The notes: generated by a model from the sequence alone, not told the origin. Positions 1 through 14,086 are shown, counted from the first letter of the whole stretch. The stretch is 63,448 nucleotides of DNA, filler included, from Sphacelaria rigidula (GCA_964200075.2; 10 parts of 10 records of this genome joined end to end with filler, not necessarily neighbours in it); one strand, 5' to 3'. Numbers and translations: made by a program.

Positions 1-212
1 ATTTATCGTTACCGACAAGTGCCCATCGGTGTAATATTTCACACATCATTGCCAGTAAAGATATATATCGATGAAAACATCACCCAGGACATTGTTTCCA
101 GCAATGGATATGGACAAATATATGTTGCAGTCATTGTTCTCCACAATGGATATCAATATGATCATCACCGTAGCTATTAGTGCAGCAATAGACCATTACC
201 ATGTCTATTGTC

Positions 213-506
213 CAGGGTGTGAAAAAATCAGGCTCAAAGATGGATATTTTTACGGTTAGGACAAATCATCACGACTCAATATCACCAAATTCACGATTTC
301 TTCGGTCTCGTAGCCCAAAAGGGAGAAAACCGTTGATCGATGGTCCAAGGGATATCCACGCAACGTTTGCGCCATTCCACGTGTCTGGGCTGCGTGGACC
401 TGGGTTGCAACGCTAAAATAAAGCCTAGGGGTTGATTCGTCACGAGTCGACTCATTACACTAAAACCAAGTAATTTCCAGACGAATCGTTATTTGTCCGA
501 CCCTTG
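213..506. mobile_element. hAT-like MITE (second copy, reverse-complemented, at 20756-21013)
   Basis: Ends are CAGGGTGTGAAAAA and TTTGTCCGACCCTTG (imperfect TIR). About 250 bp match the reverse complement of 20756-21013, which is flanked by the 8-bp repeat AATTGATT. Confidence 0.6.
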
Positions 507-559
507 GATATTTTGGCCGAGTTTCAGCAAGAGTTAAGGCACCGGTGATTTTTTATTTC

Positions 560-1290
560 GATTACAGTCGCTGCAGTCGCGTACTGGATCGCTGGGACTG
601 AAGATTGCTCAGGAGATTGTCGTGGACAAGTTTCTTCATTCCCTTCCCTCTGAGTACACCACTGTACGAGATCAATTACATTTTGAGCCGACCTTAAGTC
701 GGATAGGACACAGGCCGTTGTCGATTATAAATATATGGTCGCTCAAGAAAACAGGTGCTTTGCGTAGTACAAATCACAATCATGCCCTCTACACAGGCAA
801 TAAAGATCCCACCCTCAAGGGAAAGAGTAGAGGGGGTGGGAATAGGTCGAAAAAATCAGCGACAGCACATAGTACTAGCAAGGTTCACGGTAACAGCAGT
901 ACGACTGGAAATACTGGCGGCAGTATACCAACAAATATACAGAACATTTTCGAGTGTGGTGAGATCGTTCATTTCAAATCGCATTGCCCTGAACGTATTT
1001 GTGAGAAACCTGGAGGTATGGGCACTCCGAGGGAGTTCAAAAGATGGTCGCGATGTGTACATCGGACAATTTCAAGGATTCCGCAGATCTTGGGTACGTT
1101 GCAACGGAGACTAAGGCTGGTGAACACGCGTTCGCAACAGACAGTGTACAAAATGATCGCCCAATTCTTGATGAAGGGGGCAAGGAGGTTTGGATAGCGG
1201 ATGGCGGAGCGTCATGCCACATGACTCCGTCGAAGGAGAGAATATGTGATTACGAGCCTTGCACGGGTGTATCGCTAACTGTAGTATGCG
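560..1290 (+). mobile_element. Degenerate Ty1/copia gag-protease remnant
   Basis: Gag-like DKFLHSLPSEYTTVRDQL and a zinc-knuckle remnant ECGEIVHFKSHC. In another frame is the copia protease motif EVWIADGGASCHMT (consensus WxxDSGASxHMT). Frameshifted. Confidence 0.8.
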
Positions 1291-4200
1291 CGAAGCATAT
1301 CGACATGACCACCTGCCATTGCATTCGTGACCAACGCCGTTAAGCGCTGACCAGGACAGTCTTGCCTGAGAATAGCTTTCGAGCAACGTACGGACAGTGG
1401 TCGGCAGTACGTCAAGCTCGGACGATTACTAAATTTTCGTTGCTGCATGTACTCACTGCCTGTGGCAATTCGAGTGCACAAGCCTCGTAAGCGAGAAGAG
1501 TAATCATTTTGGGATCTTAACCCGTTACATCAAAACGGCTCTCGCCCAGCTGGGGGAAAGTGAAAGACTTGGGCTCGGCGAATTTCACCATACTCATATT
1601 CACGTTTCGTGTGAGATGCTTTACACCTTACCCTTCGGAGTAGGTCCACTATCTTGAGGTTAAGAGCCGTTTATCGCCATGCCTCCACAGACCCGTGGAT
1701 TTCGTACTTCACTCTTTGCGTTGAGGGGTACGTTTGTGGGGATTTTAGGTCTGATCTTGCTTAGTCATCAGGTGAGTGTAATGAATGTTCTGTTGAGTTA
1801 GCTCGCCTCTGGCTCATGTACAATCACGACAAGTGAATACTGACAGCAACTCAACCGGGTGGGACGAGTGAACGAGCATTGAACGAGCGATACGGAATGA
1901 GCGACGACAAAAAACATGTCAAACAAGAAAATAATTAACCAAGCTAGTGCGTGAACGAAAGCATTTCAAGACTAGGGATCTCGCTGGTGTTTGCTGCTTC
2001 GAGACACAGCACGGTTGATCGGCACCGTCCCTGATACGCACTTGGGTTGTGATCATAGGCGCGGTGTAACCCCATCACACATTCCCCCGTAAATAAGATA
2101 TGAGAGCAAAAAGGTGCTACGCCCTTCACGCAGAGTAAGTCACAGTGTGCACGGTATACGATTCTACAAGCGTAGCCAATGTGCCCTTCAGTGGTTGGAA
2201 TTTCTTGTACTCCTACGGGGGTTCTATCGGAGAAGAGTTTTACATACGGAGCCCCCCTCCCCCGTTTCCGGAGGGCAATTTTTCGAAAATCATCATGATA
2301 TTTAATAACCGAAATTGTCAAGTATTGTTGAAGAAAATGATCAAGAAACACTGACAAAAAACACTGACAGAAAACAAAAAGTCTGATGGGCTTTGCGAGG
2401 CTCGTATATATTCGCTCTTGCTCCTTGCCCGCTCTGTCCCGATGACCTCGGATGCCGGCCACGCTCATACACATGTATGTATACAAGCGCACGGTGGCGA
2501 CAGCCTGTAGCCAAAGTAGCAGCAACATTTCACGCCTCGCCAAACTTGCCCGGACTACTGGTAGGTACTCGAGATGCACTACATGGAACATGATCCCATA
2601 CATGTATTCATGGTAAGTGATTAACTTGGGGGGGCGGCGTGTCCGTCACCTCAGCGGTCTCTGTGCCAAGGATCTCTGTACACGGCAGCTGACCGTATCC
2701 GCCAACACCTCGGCCCTACACTACGAGATAGCACGCTGAGTGTGCCCTCCCCCCGCTTCCCCCCCCCCCCCTCCCTTCAAAGACTTCATTTTTCGTTCTT
2801 GGGGCCTACGTGTCCCGAAATTGTTTTTCGACAGACCCCTGCTCCCATGGTTCTATGTGTCGGCGGCCGTAGCCGCTGGTTTCAGTTGAAAAATATCTCG
2901 ATACATGCATTTACGCATGCAGGTTCCCTTTGCTTGTTTCCGCAACTGCATGCCGGAGTCAACACATTCAGGTGACAAGCTTGCTTGTTTTGAAACCGAA
3001 CTTTCAAGCAACCAAGCGCATGTCATCCTAGTATAATAATATGTTATAATTCTCTCGCAGAACCCAAAACGGAAAAACAAAACAACATTACAGCTGAAGC
3101 AACAACCCCGCCCCCGAAGAGAAGAGCTCATTCCAACCCATCCACCACCTACATGAACCTAATATGGAGACGGAAAACTGAGTCAATCTTGATTTCAAAG
3201 GCCCGGTTCGTATTTGAAATGGTCAAGCTTCGCGGCAAAAAATGTCTTCTTCATCCTAGTGTAACTCGGACAATTCCCCCCGTATCGATCAAATTGAAAA
3301 TCTCGCACCTACATACAATCAACATGAAAACGTAGAAATTTCGCTCATTTGCTGTATGTAGCACAGTACCATAGTACCAACCCAGGCCGCCATTCAATCA
3401 AGGAAATAGAGTGCGTTGATGATGTTGCAGCTGCTCTCCTCAGTCCACGCTCGAATGTCTTTATTATCGTAATATGTTGTAGCTGTTATTACCCTCTCTG
3501 TTGTACGCATTCTATGGGTGAGTGAGAATGCCTTGATTCGGTGACCTAAAACGTAGCGACTATGTCCTGTGCCTGATCCAGTTTTGTAAAAATGCATAGC
3601 CTTCAAGGGACGTCATCACAAGCACGTGTCTGTAGTTGGAGTGGCCGATGCGCCTCGAAATGACCTGCAATGTGTTTCGTCAGGGTGCTCATCTACTACT
3701 GTGTTTGGCCCACTTGTTTTGCCGTAGCCTACCGCGATCCCGTAGTCTGCGGTGCCGCAGGGTACTGAATTGCCATCTCGTACGGAATACAATCCCGTGA
3801 TGTATCGTCTTCCTCCTCTTCGTCAATTGTTTTTTTACTTGTCGACTCTTGGGCGGCGCCAGCATGTTGTCTTTTGTCGGTGAGACAGTACGCTCGGGTT
3901 GCCAACGCAAAAAAGCAGAAGCATACACTCACAAGAGCCGCACCACCAACGCCCGCGGGGATGACTATGCTCCATGGTATCCCCGAGCTCTGCTGTTGGG
4001 GAATCTGATGCGTCCGTCGTTGGAATGGTCGAGAAGAAGGGTGAGGGATGAGGATGAATGAGGCTTAGCATGTGATGTGCAACTGGAGATGCTTGCCGAA
4101 TTAGTACCCTGACTGTCAATCTTCGCCTATGCTTATCAGTGATCCGGCCGAGGTACTCAGCGATAGTTGTCGGATCGGCGAGGAATGGGGGGACAGTAGC

Positions 4201-4505
4201 GTGAAGGAGAAACGTGAACATCTCGCTCGCATTTGAGCGCTCGGAATGTCATGTCCCATATTTGCAATGCTCTCCCCTTTTTTCGCTGAAGGCTGGTCGC
4301 CATGTTTGTGTTCTTTTGGCGACATGTTTTCGAGGGGTGTAGCCACATATGGCAACACGGCGTGATCGTTTCGGCAGAGGGGGGAACCTTATCATGACAT
4401 GAGGCATGCCAAATTCTCTGGGCCAATCAAAAGCATCGTACAGCACCCTTGACCGCCTCGGAAACGCGTCGAATTGGTGACTGTTGCCCCCCCCCTCCCT
4501 TCTTT

Positions 4506-6230
4506 CTGGAGAAGGGAAACAAACTTAGCGAGGGCAAAGCAGGTTTTAGACCAAATCGTAGCTACGTAAATCACGTGTACACATGAGGCAAGATTACTCA
4601 AGATGGGGGAGACGCCGGGCTGACAACGTACGATTTCTTTGTAGACGTACAAAATGCGCATGATAAGACGGTATGGAGAGATGGGCTATGGAGCGAGTTG
4701 TGGGAAATTGAGATCAGAGGAATCTTGTGGAGAATGGTAAAAAAGGTCACAGAATATGCCAGAAGCGCATGCTGTGACGCTAGACGGGGAATAATCAAAG
4801 TATTTTTATATCTCACAAGGGGTGGCAGAAGGATGTACCTTGTCGCCAAATTTATTCGAAGTATTCATTAATGAACTACCTGATAATAGCAATAGAAGCA
4901 GCAAACCAGTCAAGATGGGGGAAGATATGATATCGGGATTGATGTTCGTGGATAATTTCGTGGGGGTATCAGGAACACCAGAAGGGTCTGCAGAAGCAAA
5001 GACAGGGGACACTAGAATATACTGGGAAATGAAGAGTAAAGCGGTACTTGTACGCAACGAAGATGAAGAAAGGCCAGTAGCGTTTAAATGGAAGTGAGGA
5101 GAAGGGAAACGACCGATCGTAGACCAGTAGACATACCTTAGCGTAGATATGTAAAAACAGAACTGTTGTTATGGTGCACACATGTGTAGAGTAGTAGAAA
5201 AGGGTAACTCAGAAGAGATGGGCACCGGGATACTAGGACTAAGGGATGTATTCTGATGGATCTGACTGCATCAAAGCTGCAATGTGTATAAGAAGTATGG
5301 GAGAAGAACGCGAAGCCGGTGAAGAGGCGGGAAACCGTTAAGATGGCAGCAGCCAAGAAATACTTGGATGCTCAAAAACGACGAGTAATACAGCATTGAG
5401 AGCAGAGTTGGGATTGTACCCACTCGAACAAATAGAGACATGAGAACATTAAAATAGCAGTAGAGCGTAAGGAGCATACCAAAAAAGAGATTGCCAGCTA
5501 TAGCTGATGGGGCCATATGAAAAAACTGCCCAAAGGGCAGGTTGACATAGGGTGAGATAGCGTAGCCGAGAAAGTAGAAACGAACATGCGAGGAAACCAA
5601 GACAAGATAATGTCCATAGAACAATGCTTTCGTGAGATTGAGAGTAGAGGGTACGATTCAGAATGAAAATCGGTCAATTAGTCAATGAATAGTTTCAGTT
5701 CCGAAATGCCCCTCCACGAGGCCCGGTATGCTTCCTACAGTAGCTTGCCACTGAGGCCCTTGATACCCCTGAGTAGGATATCGACGTGTAGCCGTAAGCA
5801 CACGCCAGTGATCGAGGCGAAAGAAAGCACACACGGAATAAAATATTGGCTAAGTTAAAGCGAATGATCAAAGTCACTCTCAATCAGCGCTCTACTCTCA
5901 ATCTCGCGAGAACATTGTTATAGGTTATTGAAACGGGTAAAAGACAAACGTAAGAGACATGATGGAACCATGAGGGGAAAAGAAGCGCCGGGAAGGGAAG
6001 TAGACGAGAAAAACACGTGAAGATACACGAGGGGAAAGAGAAGCGATAAAAATGAAATATATCTGGATGTAACAACGGACTCGGCAAAACGTTTGAATCA
6101 GCGATTTTGGGTTGGGGACCTGAACCCGTCAGAAAGAAGGAAGAGGTATACCAGCAGTCGAGTGAAGGAGGAAGTTGATGTACAGAAAACAGCCGATCAT
6201 CTATGTTGAGGATGGTGCTTTTCATTGAGG
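4506..6230 (+). mobile_element. 5'-truncated, degenerate non-LTR retrotransposon (LINE) ORF2: reverse transcriptase and C-terminal region
   Basis: Motifs across frameshifts: EGKAGFRPNRSYVNHVYT, FFVDVQNAHD..VWRDGLW, QGVAEGCTLSPNLFEVFINEL, GLMFVDNFVG (decayed FADD), and C-terminal RFWVGDLNPSERRKRYTSSR. Confidence 0.9.
5617..5922. mobile_element. MITE nested in the LINE (one end of the same family at ~18899-18967)
   Basis: About 30-bp inverted termini AACAATGCTTTCGTGAGATTGAGAGTAGAG / CTCTACTCTCAATCTCGCGAGAACATTGTT, with TA at the outer edges. The same terminal sequence appears at the end of contig 3. Confidence 0.65.
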
Positions 6231-6256
6231 ATGAGAACCCGGAGGATCAAAATCTT

Positions 6257-6356
6257 NNNNNNNNNNNNNNNNNNNNNNNNNNNNNNNNNNNNNNNNNNNN
6301 TTAATTAATTAANNNNNNNNNNNNNNNNNNNNNNNNNNNNNNNNNNNNNNNNNNNN
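6257..6356. other. Artificial contig spacer (44 N + TTAATTAATTAA + 44 N); identical spacers at 12613-12712, 18968-19067, 25323-25422, 31678-31777, 38033-38132, 44387-44486, 50741-50840, 57095-57194
   Basis: The same 100-bp structure occurs nine times and the linker carries stops in all six frames. Contig lengths fall monotonically (6256, 6256, 6255 x4, 6254 x4), as expected for size-sorted concatenation. Confidence 0.98.
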
Positions 6357-7409
6357 GTAAGCTCCCCCCTCCCGAAAGGGATGCCGGGTCAAGAGCCCCC
6401 CCACAAAGGCAACCAAAAAATAAGTCTCCCCCCCCCCCCCCCCCCCCTATCGTAGGACGACTCATCCACGGGAGAAAATCTGCTGTAGACGGGCTGAAAC
6501 CCTCATATTTGTACAAAAATGATTTGGTTGCCATCCAATACCGTCTAAATTCTGATATTTCCATATTTTGGGTGTTGACATATTGTTTACACTTACCGTA
6601 TCACAACATGAGACTTGTGTGTATAGTAGTATATTGCCGTCAAGTCGTCCCTATAAACGTGGAAGGTATTGTTAGCAGTCGGATTCGCCAAACGGGTGAT
6701 GGTGTAGGTACCTGCTTGTGGTATCACTTGCGGTATCATGTTGTTACAAGATACATAAATGGAGGGATGAAATCGCGATGCTATTTTTCTGAAAACCGAG
6801 TTTGCTTTTGTAGTGAGGTAGACAAAAACATGTACCGTACGACTATGTAGACCTATCTTACCTACTCAAGCGCATTTTTTCAACACCAACTCATCAATAT
6901 CGGAGAATGAACGACTGGCAGGACAGGTGTACACGAAGAACGGTATCCCGCTCACATATATAACCCCCACCCCGGGAGGACCAAAAATTATTATTACATT
7001 TCCCCCCCCTACAATTGCTTCTCCTCATTGCCCTTCGCCTCCCAATTCGTGTGTCGAGTGTACGTCATACCTCGAACACGTGCTAAACACCTACTGCTTG
7101 TTGTTGGGAATGTCTACAAACTGCTGTTGGTTGGCTTTGTTGTATTCAACGCTCGTGGTTGGAGGCGATCACCAACCACAACCGTCTCCCGCGACAATGC
7201 TTTTTTTTTTTTTCCACAAAAAGCAAGGACGACGACTTGTGCCTCTAAGCTTGTGCAAACCGGTGCCAACGGAAGGGACGCACGATAAGCCTATGATAAT
7301 ACTGGTGTGTAAAGTGCTCCGACTGAATACATCACCGACAACACCTTCTTCGATTTTATTTTTTTTCTTCATTTTCGATTATTTTCCTAATGTTCATTCA
7401 TTTATTCAT

Positions 7410-7462
7410 CGTTGCTGTTGTTGTTGCTGCTGCTGCTGCTGCTGTTGTTGTTACAACTGTTG
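7410..7462. repeat. (GTT/GCT)n trinucleotide microsatellite
   Basis: Seen directly; it explains the poly-C/poly-L/poly-A ORFs here. Confidence 0.85.
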
Positions 7463-8511
7463 TTTTTATATTTTTTATTGGTTGTTTTTCATATGTTTTT
7501 TTTTGTCATTATTGTCGTTTCATGTCCAACTTTTTTTCGCTTTTTACCCTCGTTTATAAGAGGGGTACGTGGATCTCATGCACTCAGGGACAGGGAGGGA
7601 GATACTTTACACCCTCGGTAATAATGCAGCAGCAGCCACTGTACTTGATTCTATACCATTGAGTGAACCCTTGCCGACCGGGCGATTCTTTGCTGCGTGG
7701 GTATGGTGCAGTCTGTCATGGGGCGTCGTATCAATAGTCGCTTGAGCTCACTTGAGTTCGACGTCAAATCAATTATTTGACATTCGTGATCTTCACTCAA
7801 TTTTTGCATTTTGAAGCACATACTTCACCCTCGGTAACCTTTTCACGGCCAATGACCAAGGATTTTCAGTGTGCCCTGAATTGGAGTAGGTAGGGTCAGA
7901 TTCGGGATAATAAGATACAGGCTAGTTCAGGGTGGACGACCAAATTTACTCCCAAGCGATTCCTTTTTACTCCTCCAAGCGATTTCTCGCGCCGTTTTCC
8001 GAGTTACACCCTGAAATTTTTCACACATGGTACTCTCGGATATTTAGAAACTCTGTGTGAACGCTTTGTTTTTTCCGGGTTTCTAAATATCCCAGACCAC
8101 CTGTGTGCAAAATTTCAGGGTCTAGCTTGCAAAACCGGCGTGAGAAATCGCCGGTATGTGCGTTGAAGTATACAAATGTACGCGGAGTCCCCCTAATAAC
8201 TTGATTATTGTGCGCTTGAGCTTTCATCGACCGTTTGGGATCAGCTTTCCGAGGTACGCAACGAAAAATTGTACTTGGTACAAAAAAACGTTCCTTGTAC
8301 TTGCTTTTTTTATCACCAGGAAATCTATACCCGGTACCAGCTTCAGAGGGAATTCACGCTGCGACCCCCGAAAGCCGCGAGGGAGGATGATAAGCTTTGA
8401 TGAATTCTTCCACTTTTTATTCAATTTAATTTATATCACTCAAATCTATGAAACTGTCAAGTTTGGGGGTGATCGAAGCTTTTTTACGACAGTTACGAGG
8501 TAAAACGTTAA

Positions 8512-8609
8512 CCCTTAGACCGCGAGGTTAGTCTTCTGTTGAATCGGCATCAATTTCAAGTGAAAAAAAGTATGCATGATCCAGAAAGACTGATCTCGCG
8601 GTCTAAGGG
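8512..8609. mobile_element. 98-bp piggyBac-like MITE
   Basis: TTAA on both sides (8508-8511, 8610-8613). TIR CCCTTAGACCGCGAG / CTCGCGGTCTAAGGG. Near-identical copy at 14682-14779. Confidence 0.85.
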
Positions 8610-8791
8610 TTAAGAGGCTTTCTGGGTCGTTGGTGCATAATATTTTCAATGCAATCCGACGACGCCAAAGAAAAAAGCTCCACATCAGATCACCAAAATT
8701 CCATGCTTTTTTGGCGTATAACTCGATCCCGTACAAACATTTTCGAAATATTATGTTTCTTGCGTGAGATTCCCTAGCTGAACGCACTTGA

Positions 8792-9021
8792 TAGAGGTAT
8801 GTCAAACTCGGCGCGGTCCCGTTATCCTGGTTTATTCACTGGCTCTGAGTTGTGTACTATTATTTCATGTGAATGTGATCGCGATTCGTAAGAGGAGCTG
8901 GCCTGGCGGTCAAAGGGTCTCATCATCTATCTATCTGATGAATCGTCATCACTTTCACTTGAAAAAATAGAACGAAACGAACCAGGATAACGGGAGCCGA
9001 GTTTGAGATACAGTACCTCTA
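8792..9021. mobile_element. ~220-bp MITE (second copy 20085-20294)
   Basis: Long TIRs TAGAGGTAT.TCAAACTCGGC..CCCGTTATCCTGGTT / AACCAGGATAACGGGAGCCGAGTTTGAGATAC...CTCTA. The interior is collinear with 20085-20294. Confidence 0.8.
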
Positions 9022-10469
9022 CAGTAATAGAGTTTGGTTCTTGATTACATTGGGTGGAAATTGTGTCGGGAATTTGTATTTTCAATTTCGTAACATTTTG
9101 AAGGCCCCTGATTGTGGCCGACAAACATTGTCCCTATCAGCGCCACCACGGCAAAGGACGCAAGCAAAAATCTGGCCATGCTACACTGTCCGCTTGCTCA
9201 TGGGGGTCACTATGACGCCAACCATGTTTCTATCAGGTCATTTTTTTTGCGTTCTGTATGTATATTACTGGGTAATTTTTTCTATGGGCATTCGCCCTGA
9301 ATTAGCCTGTAAAAATTGGCCGTGAGGTTTCGTATTGATTTTTGTGATGTTATAGTATTCACTGCGGGTCTGAGAAACCGGGTGGGTCTGTGGACCCCAA
9401 GAGGAGTACACATGTTGACATATAAGAATTAAAAACGGCCACAGTGATCGATGAGGATTTGTCCTTGGCCAGTGACGTTTCGCGGCAGGGTACGCAGTCG
9501 CTGGGTGGAGAGTAGGAGCCTCATATTTTCTGCTATAAGCTTGCACCATGGCCGCTTGCTCGGCAGGAGTCAGCCCCACGATGGGTGACCTCACGACTGC
9601 GGTACTATTACAGCTAATAGCTGACACGCAGCTCGGCGCTACCTGAATCCCCGCAGCTTCCCGAGTATCGTTTCATCAGCTCACGGCAGGATGCGAACGT
9701 GAGATATGTCACATTCGATTCAAGAATAGAGCACAGTCAGTATAGATCAGTACACTCGGTGCAGTGGTAGCATGCAATATGCGGTAAACTACAGCACAAT
9801 ATTACGGACGTGGTGGACGTGGTCGTGCGGAAACTATGATGAAATAACAAACCGAAAGCTGTCTCCTACACAACCGTATAAACAGGCAAAGTTGCGCAAG
9901 GCGTCCTTGGCCGTTCGACCGCGCAGCAGTCTATCTGAGTCCATTTGGGTCCATTTATGCCAACCACTTTTGTCTACGTGAACCATTTTTGTTGACTGTT
10001 TTCTGTCCAGACTGCGTCTCCTGCAGTGGAGATCCACAGTCTTCGTACCAGTACTGGAAGCGTAAACCCTTCGAGCGCCCGCGATCTTCTGTTCCGAGAA
10101 TCCATTCTCGGACAGACCCGCCAATTTTTGGAGGATGGCCATAGCGTAAGCGTAAAAGGCTCTCCGCATGCTCGATATCCTCGTTATTCGCAAGGTGTTT
10201 TTTTCAAACCAATAGGATTACAGGGGTACTTTTTATATCCTTGCCTGTGATTTGAAAACCCGAAGACCGTCCGATATCGCCCTCCCCAACTCCCAGTGCC
10301 ACGAGCTACCGCCTAGGCATCAGGGGTTTATTATGCCCAAGGAGCTAAGTGGTGGGGTTCCCAGTAGACCTGAAGCCTGGGGCGTATATATATGGTTGAC
10401 ATCAGGACTACTTGATTTCAGACTTGAGATAGTTCTGAGAAAATGTATGGTTTGGGGCAGGTGAGCAGT

Positions 10470-10626
10470 GGACGCAGCTCGTCCAAAACGTGTTTTTGTC
10501 GAAATCGGCGCCTGCGGCGTCGATTTGAGGTCTGCCAACGCTCACTTCACCTAGGGGAACCAATGCACCCCCCTTGCTCGAGGGTCTCGTACGCCTCGGG
10601 TCGTGGTTAGGATTAGGATTAGGGTT
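10470..10626 (+). repeat. Dispersed repeat ending in degenerate TTAGGG-like units (second copy ~28530-28668)
   Basis: Both copies share AAACG.GTTTT.GT.GAAATCG.CGCC...CGATTTG.GGTCTGC.AA...TTGC.CGAGGGT followed by GGTTAGG-type units. Confidence 0.55.
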
Positions 10627-13600
10627 ATTGTTATTGTTATTGTTAGTTTATTCGAAAAAATCAAGCAGTCACCTACACACACAAAACTTTAGGTCGCCTC
10701 GCGGCCCCATGTGCTTCAGTTGTGTTCGGGTTGGCAGGTAGAGTACGTAACGTTTCTTCCGAAAGCGTCGCCCTCCCCTACAGGATAATGCAAGATCATG
10801 AGTACATCTCCTCTCTACAGGATAACGGGCACCTACTTCAGTTGATTGATGTAGGTGTATTGTTGCCGGTCACCACCCGCGCCCCCCATGCCCTCCCTCT
10901 CCGCAGATATTTTCCGGCAAACAAATACGGATTTCTCCGACTCAGTTGTTTGTAGGCGAAATGCAGATTTTTCACGGGTGATTCCAGCTAAATACGGATT
11001 ACTCACATTCGAGGCAACACCCTGTCATTGCTTTTAGTTTCGGTGGGGAAAAGATGGAGTTTTCTCAATTGTTTCGAAGCCGAATACGAATTTTTCGCAG
11101 TCCAGACATCGCCCAGTATTTTTTTTCCCCTGAACAAAAAGCTGGCACAAGTACGGGTATGATACGGTGAAAAATAGCACCCCACTCCTTCTCCGTTTTT
11201 TCTCGACTTGAGGTTCAGGGGCTACGGCTCCTGGATAATGACAATATATTATACCGTGAAAAAGTGTACTGCGTACAGTCTGGAATATATCGTCGGATGC
11301 AATATACGTGGTATTCGATACTGTCGGCAGTTCACTTTTGACAATGTCATTTATTTTTCGGGGTGTGGAGATTTGAGAGTTGAGACCTAGAATCTAAAGG
11401 ACACGTGCAAATCGACCATTGAGAAGCCATTCCTGGTAAAATTATATATTAGTGTTTGTACGGTTATATTACAATCCTTCTCAGTGTTCTTTCCATGAGC
11501 CTCATACGGATACCGTCGTACGTGGAATACGCTCAAACACTTCCTCGCCGTGTTTCGTATCATCCCACGGTGCAAACGGCTCCATGACAGACGAGAGATG
11601 GGCTTGCTACCATCAGTGCCAAGAAATACGGCGACCGACATGGAAGCAGTTGTTCATGTGTCGCAACATTGATTCATAGTGTTATATCCATGTCGCCATT
11701 TTACTGTACCTCTTAGCGTTCGTCCTATGAGCGTCATATGAACACCGGAACACATGGAATACGCTCACACTCTCCCCCACCATGTTTCAAGCCGTCGCAC
11801 GGTACAAAAGACAGTTTCAACGGCCCGACAGTTGGCGACAGACGTTGCACACTTTTCGCGAGATAGGAATTCAGGTCGCGGATCTTGTCAACGGATCAAA
11901 TCCAAGATCGATGTGTACTGCACGTATGAGGGAGGATCATGACTTCCCTTCCCGGCACGGAGAGCTTGTACGAACACAGACAGCGTAGATTGTACTCCAA
12001 CAAAGAAGAAATATATGCATTGCAGCAAGGGAACCGTAGGTAAGTACCGTACCGAGCGTACCCCCGGTATTTATCGGGTATCCCATACCGTGGTATGCGT
12101 GGGTATCGTAGGTATGAGTTTTGAAAATACCCGATTGAGCGGGTACGGTAGGTACTGAAATCTCTAAATACCGTGGTATCGTGGGTATCATAGGTACGAG
12201 CTGGACCAGCTTAAAAGCCGCTAAAACTTGCTCATATCACAGCTTCCTCAGTTTCCCGAATGAACCCGATGTAAGCATATCATCGTGAAGTGTAGACCAA
12301 CTTGGTGACACACGGCACCGCCGCTGAACAAAAAAAAAATGAAAAACAATGTACTGCATAATGTATGACCTTAATAACGGACGAAAAAGAAGAGAGAATC
12401 TGTCGGGATTCGAACTCATGACCTCCATGGTTGGAGTCTCCCATCGCTTGATTCATAGGGGTGCAGCAGCGTCAAGGAAAATGTTGATCGCACGGCCCTA
12501 TTCGACGAGTCTTGAGCTGAAATTTCACGAAGATCTTCTGCACCCAAGGAACTGATACTTCACGAGTCCAGCTGCAGATTCTCCTTTTTTTCCTGGACTT
12601 ATGGCATTATCTNNNNNNNNNNNNNNNNNNNNNNNNNNNNNNNNNNNNNNNNNNNNTTAATTAATTAANNNNNNNNNNNNNNNNNNNNNNNNNNNNNNNN
12701 NNNNNNNNNNNNCACAACCCACTGTGCCTTCCACATGTGGTGACGGGATTTCGCTGGGTTCAGCCATACTGTGCTGTATGTACGGTGTGGCTTGGCAAAC
12801 TCGCCACCCGATGCTGCAGCCCGTCAAAGCGGTGCTACCCTCATGTACAAATGCTAATATACAAACATGCCAGGTTGGACCCTTGAGCCCATTGCTATTT
12901 TTTGAATGGAATGTTTTATGGTGGTTTTGCTTATGATTGTCGATTGTCGATGGATATAATTGGACACATTTCATCCGTTGCGTGGTATGATTGGACAAAC
13001 CTTACCCAAATTCTCTGGGGAGGACATTCTTCGGGCTTCCATTATAAAATGGTTGCCGTCGGCCTATTCTGTTCCCATGTTTTCCTCTTCGTCAGGGCTT
13101 CTCATAATAAGGCGTTTGGCCAGGGGAAAGGAGGGGAGGGTTCCAAAAGGGTTAAACAACACCTAAACGAGAACGGGATTTATTTCCTCCGCAGTTGTCG
13201 TGACTTTGGCCGAAAAACGATCCTTGTTTCCGGCTCCACCTGAAAACATTTCGGCTGAAGAAGTTCGGACGCTAGACTCTTGGAGAAATCTGTCTTCACG
13301 GTCTTGAATTGATTCATCACCTGACCTGGTTGAGAAATCTACTCTTCCGCGCTACAGTTCATTAAAAAAAAACTCGGAGACTTCGGGAGAAAAAAGAAGA
13401 CCTTATACTAACACCTCTTACCGTCCCGCAAACTAGACGTAAGGGCATCTCAAGACAAAGCGCCAGGCATTCTCTTCGGTGTAGGGAAGATGCCTCTTTT
13501 TTCTGGTTTTGTTCCAAGAGCCCATTTTTTTCCCGGGGAGCTTTTTTGTTCCTGAGGAGTTATTTTTTTGGGGGGGAGCCCATTTCTAAGGGGCCAGACC

Positions 13601-13911
13601 CTACCTCCTACCCCTATTTGTTTCTCACTATGTGACAGGTTTTTTCTCCGTTGTTGCTTCCTCCACGTCCCTTGTTATTCGTTTGTGGACTCCTACAAGA
13701 AGCCGCTCAATAAGCGCCGAAGATAAGAAGCCGAACTTTTTTTTTCATGAGCCGAAACAAATGAGGAAGGGCCTGAACCCCCCCCCCGCAAGGGTCTGAT
13801 TTTTTCAAGCCCATAAAAAGATAAAAGGAGCCAAAAATAAAAGGAGCCTATATACAGAGCAAGGGGTCAAAAAGCGCATGTATGTTTGTACACTCGTTTA
13901 CTGGCACCTGA

Positions 13912-14050
13912 GGCTCGTATCAGGTAGGACCTCATTGGTAGTCAATGACATACGGCTTGAATTTGCCTGTGGTACTGTATGGCTCGTATCAGGTAGGACC
14001 TCATTGGTAGTTAAATGACATACGGCTTGAATTTGCCTGTGGTACTGTAT
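13912..14050. repeat. Near-perfect tandem duplication, 2 x ~69 bp
   Basis: GGCTCGTATCAGGTAGGACC...GGTACTGTAT at 13912-13980 and 13981-14050. Confidence 0.9.
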
Positions 14051-14086
14051 TAAATTCGGCGTCAGCTTTTTTCACTGGCTTTGCTC

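Noticed and set aside
1461..1831. Possible solo LTR beside the copia remnant (TGT...ACA)
   Set aside because: Terminal repeats are weak and there is no TSD.
9834..10193. 119-aa minus-strand ORF
   Set aside because: No recognisable motif or splice context.
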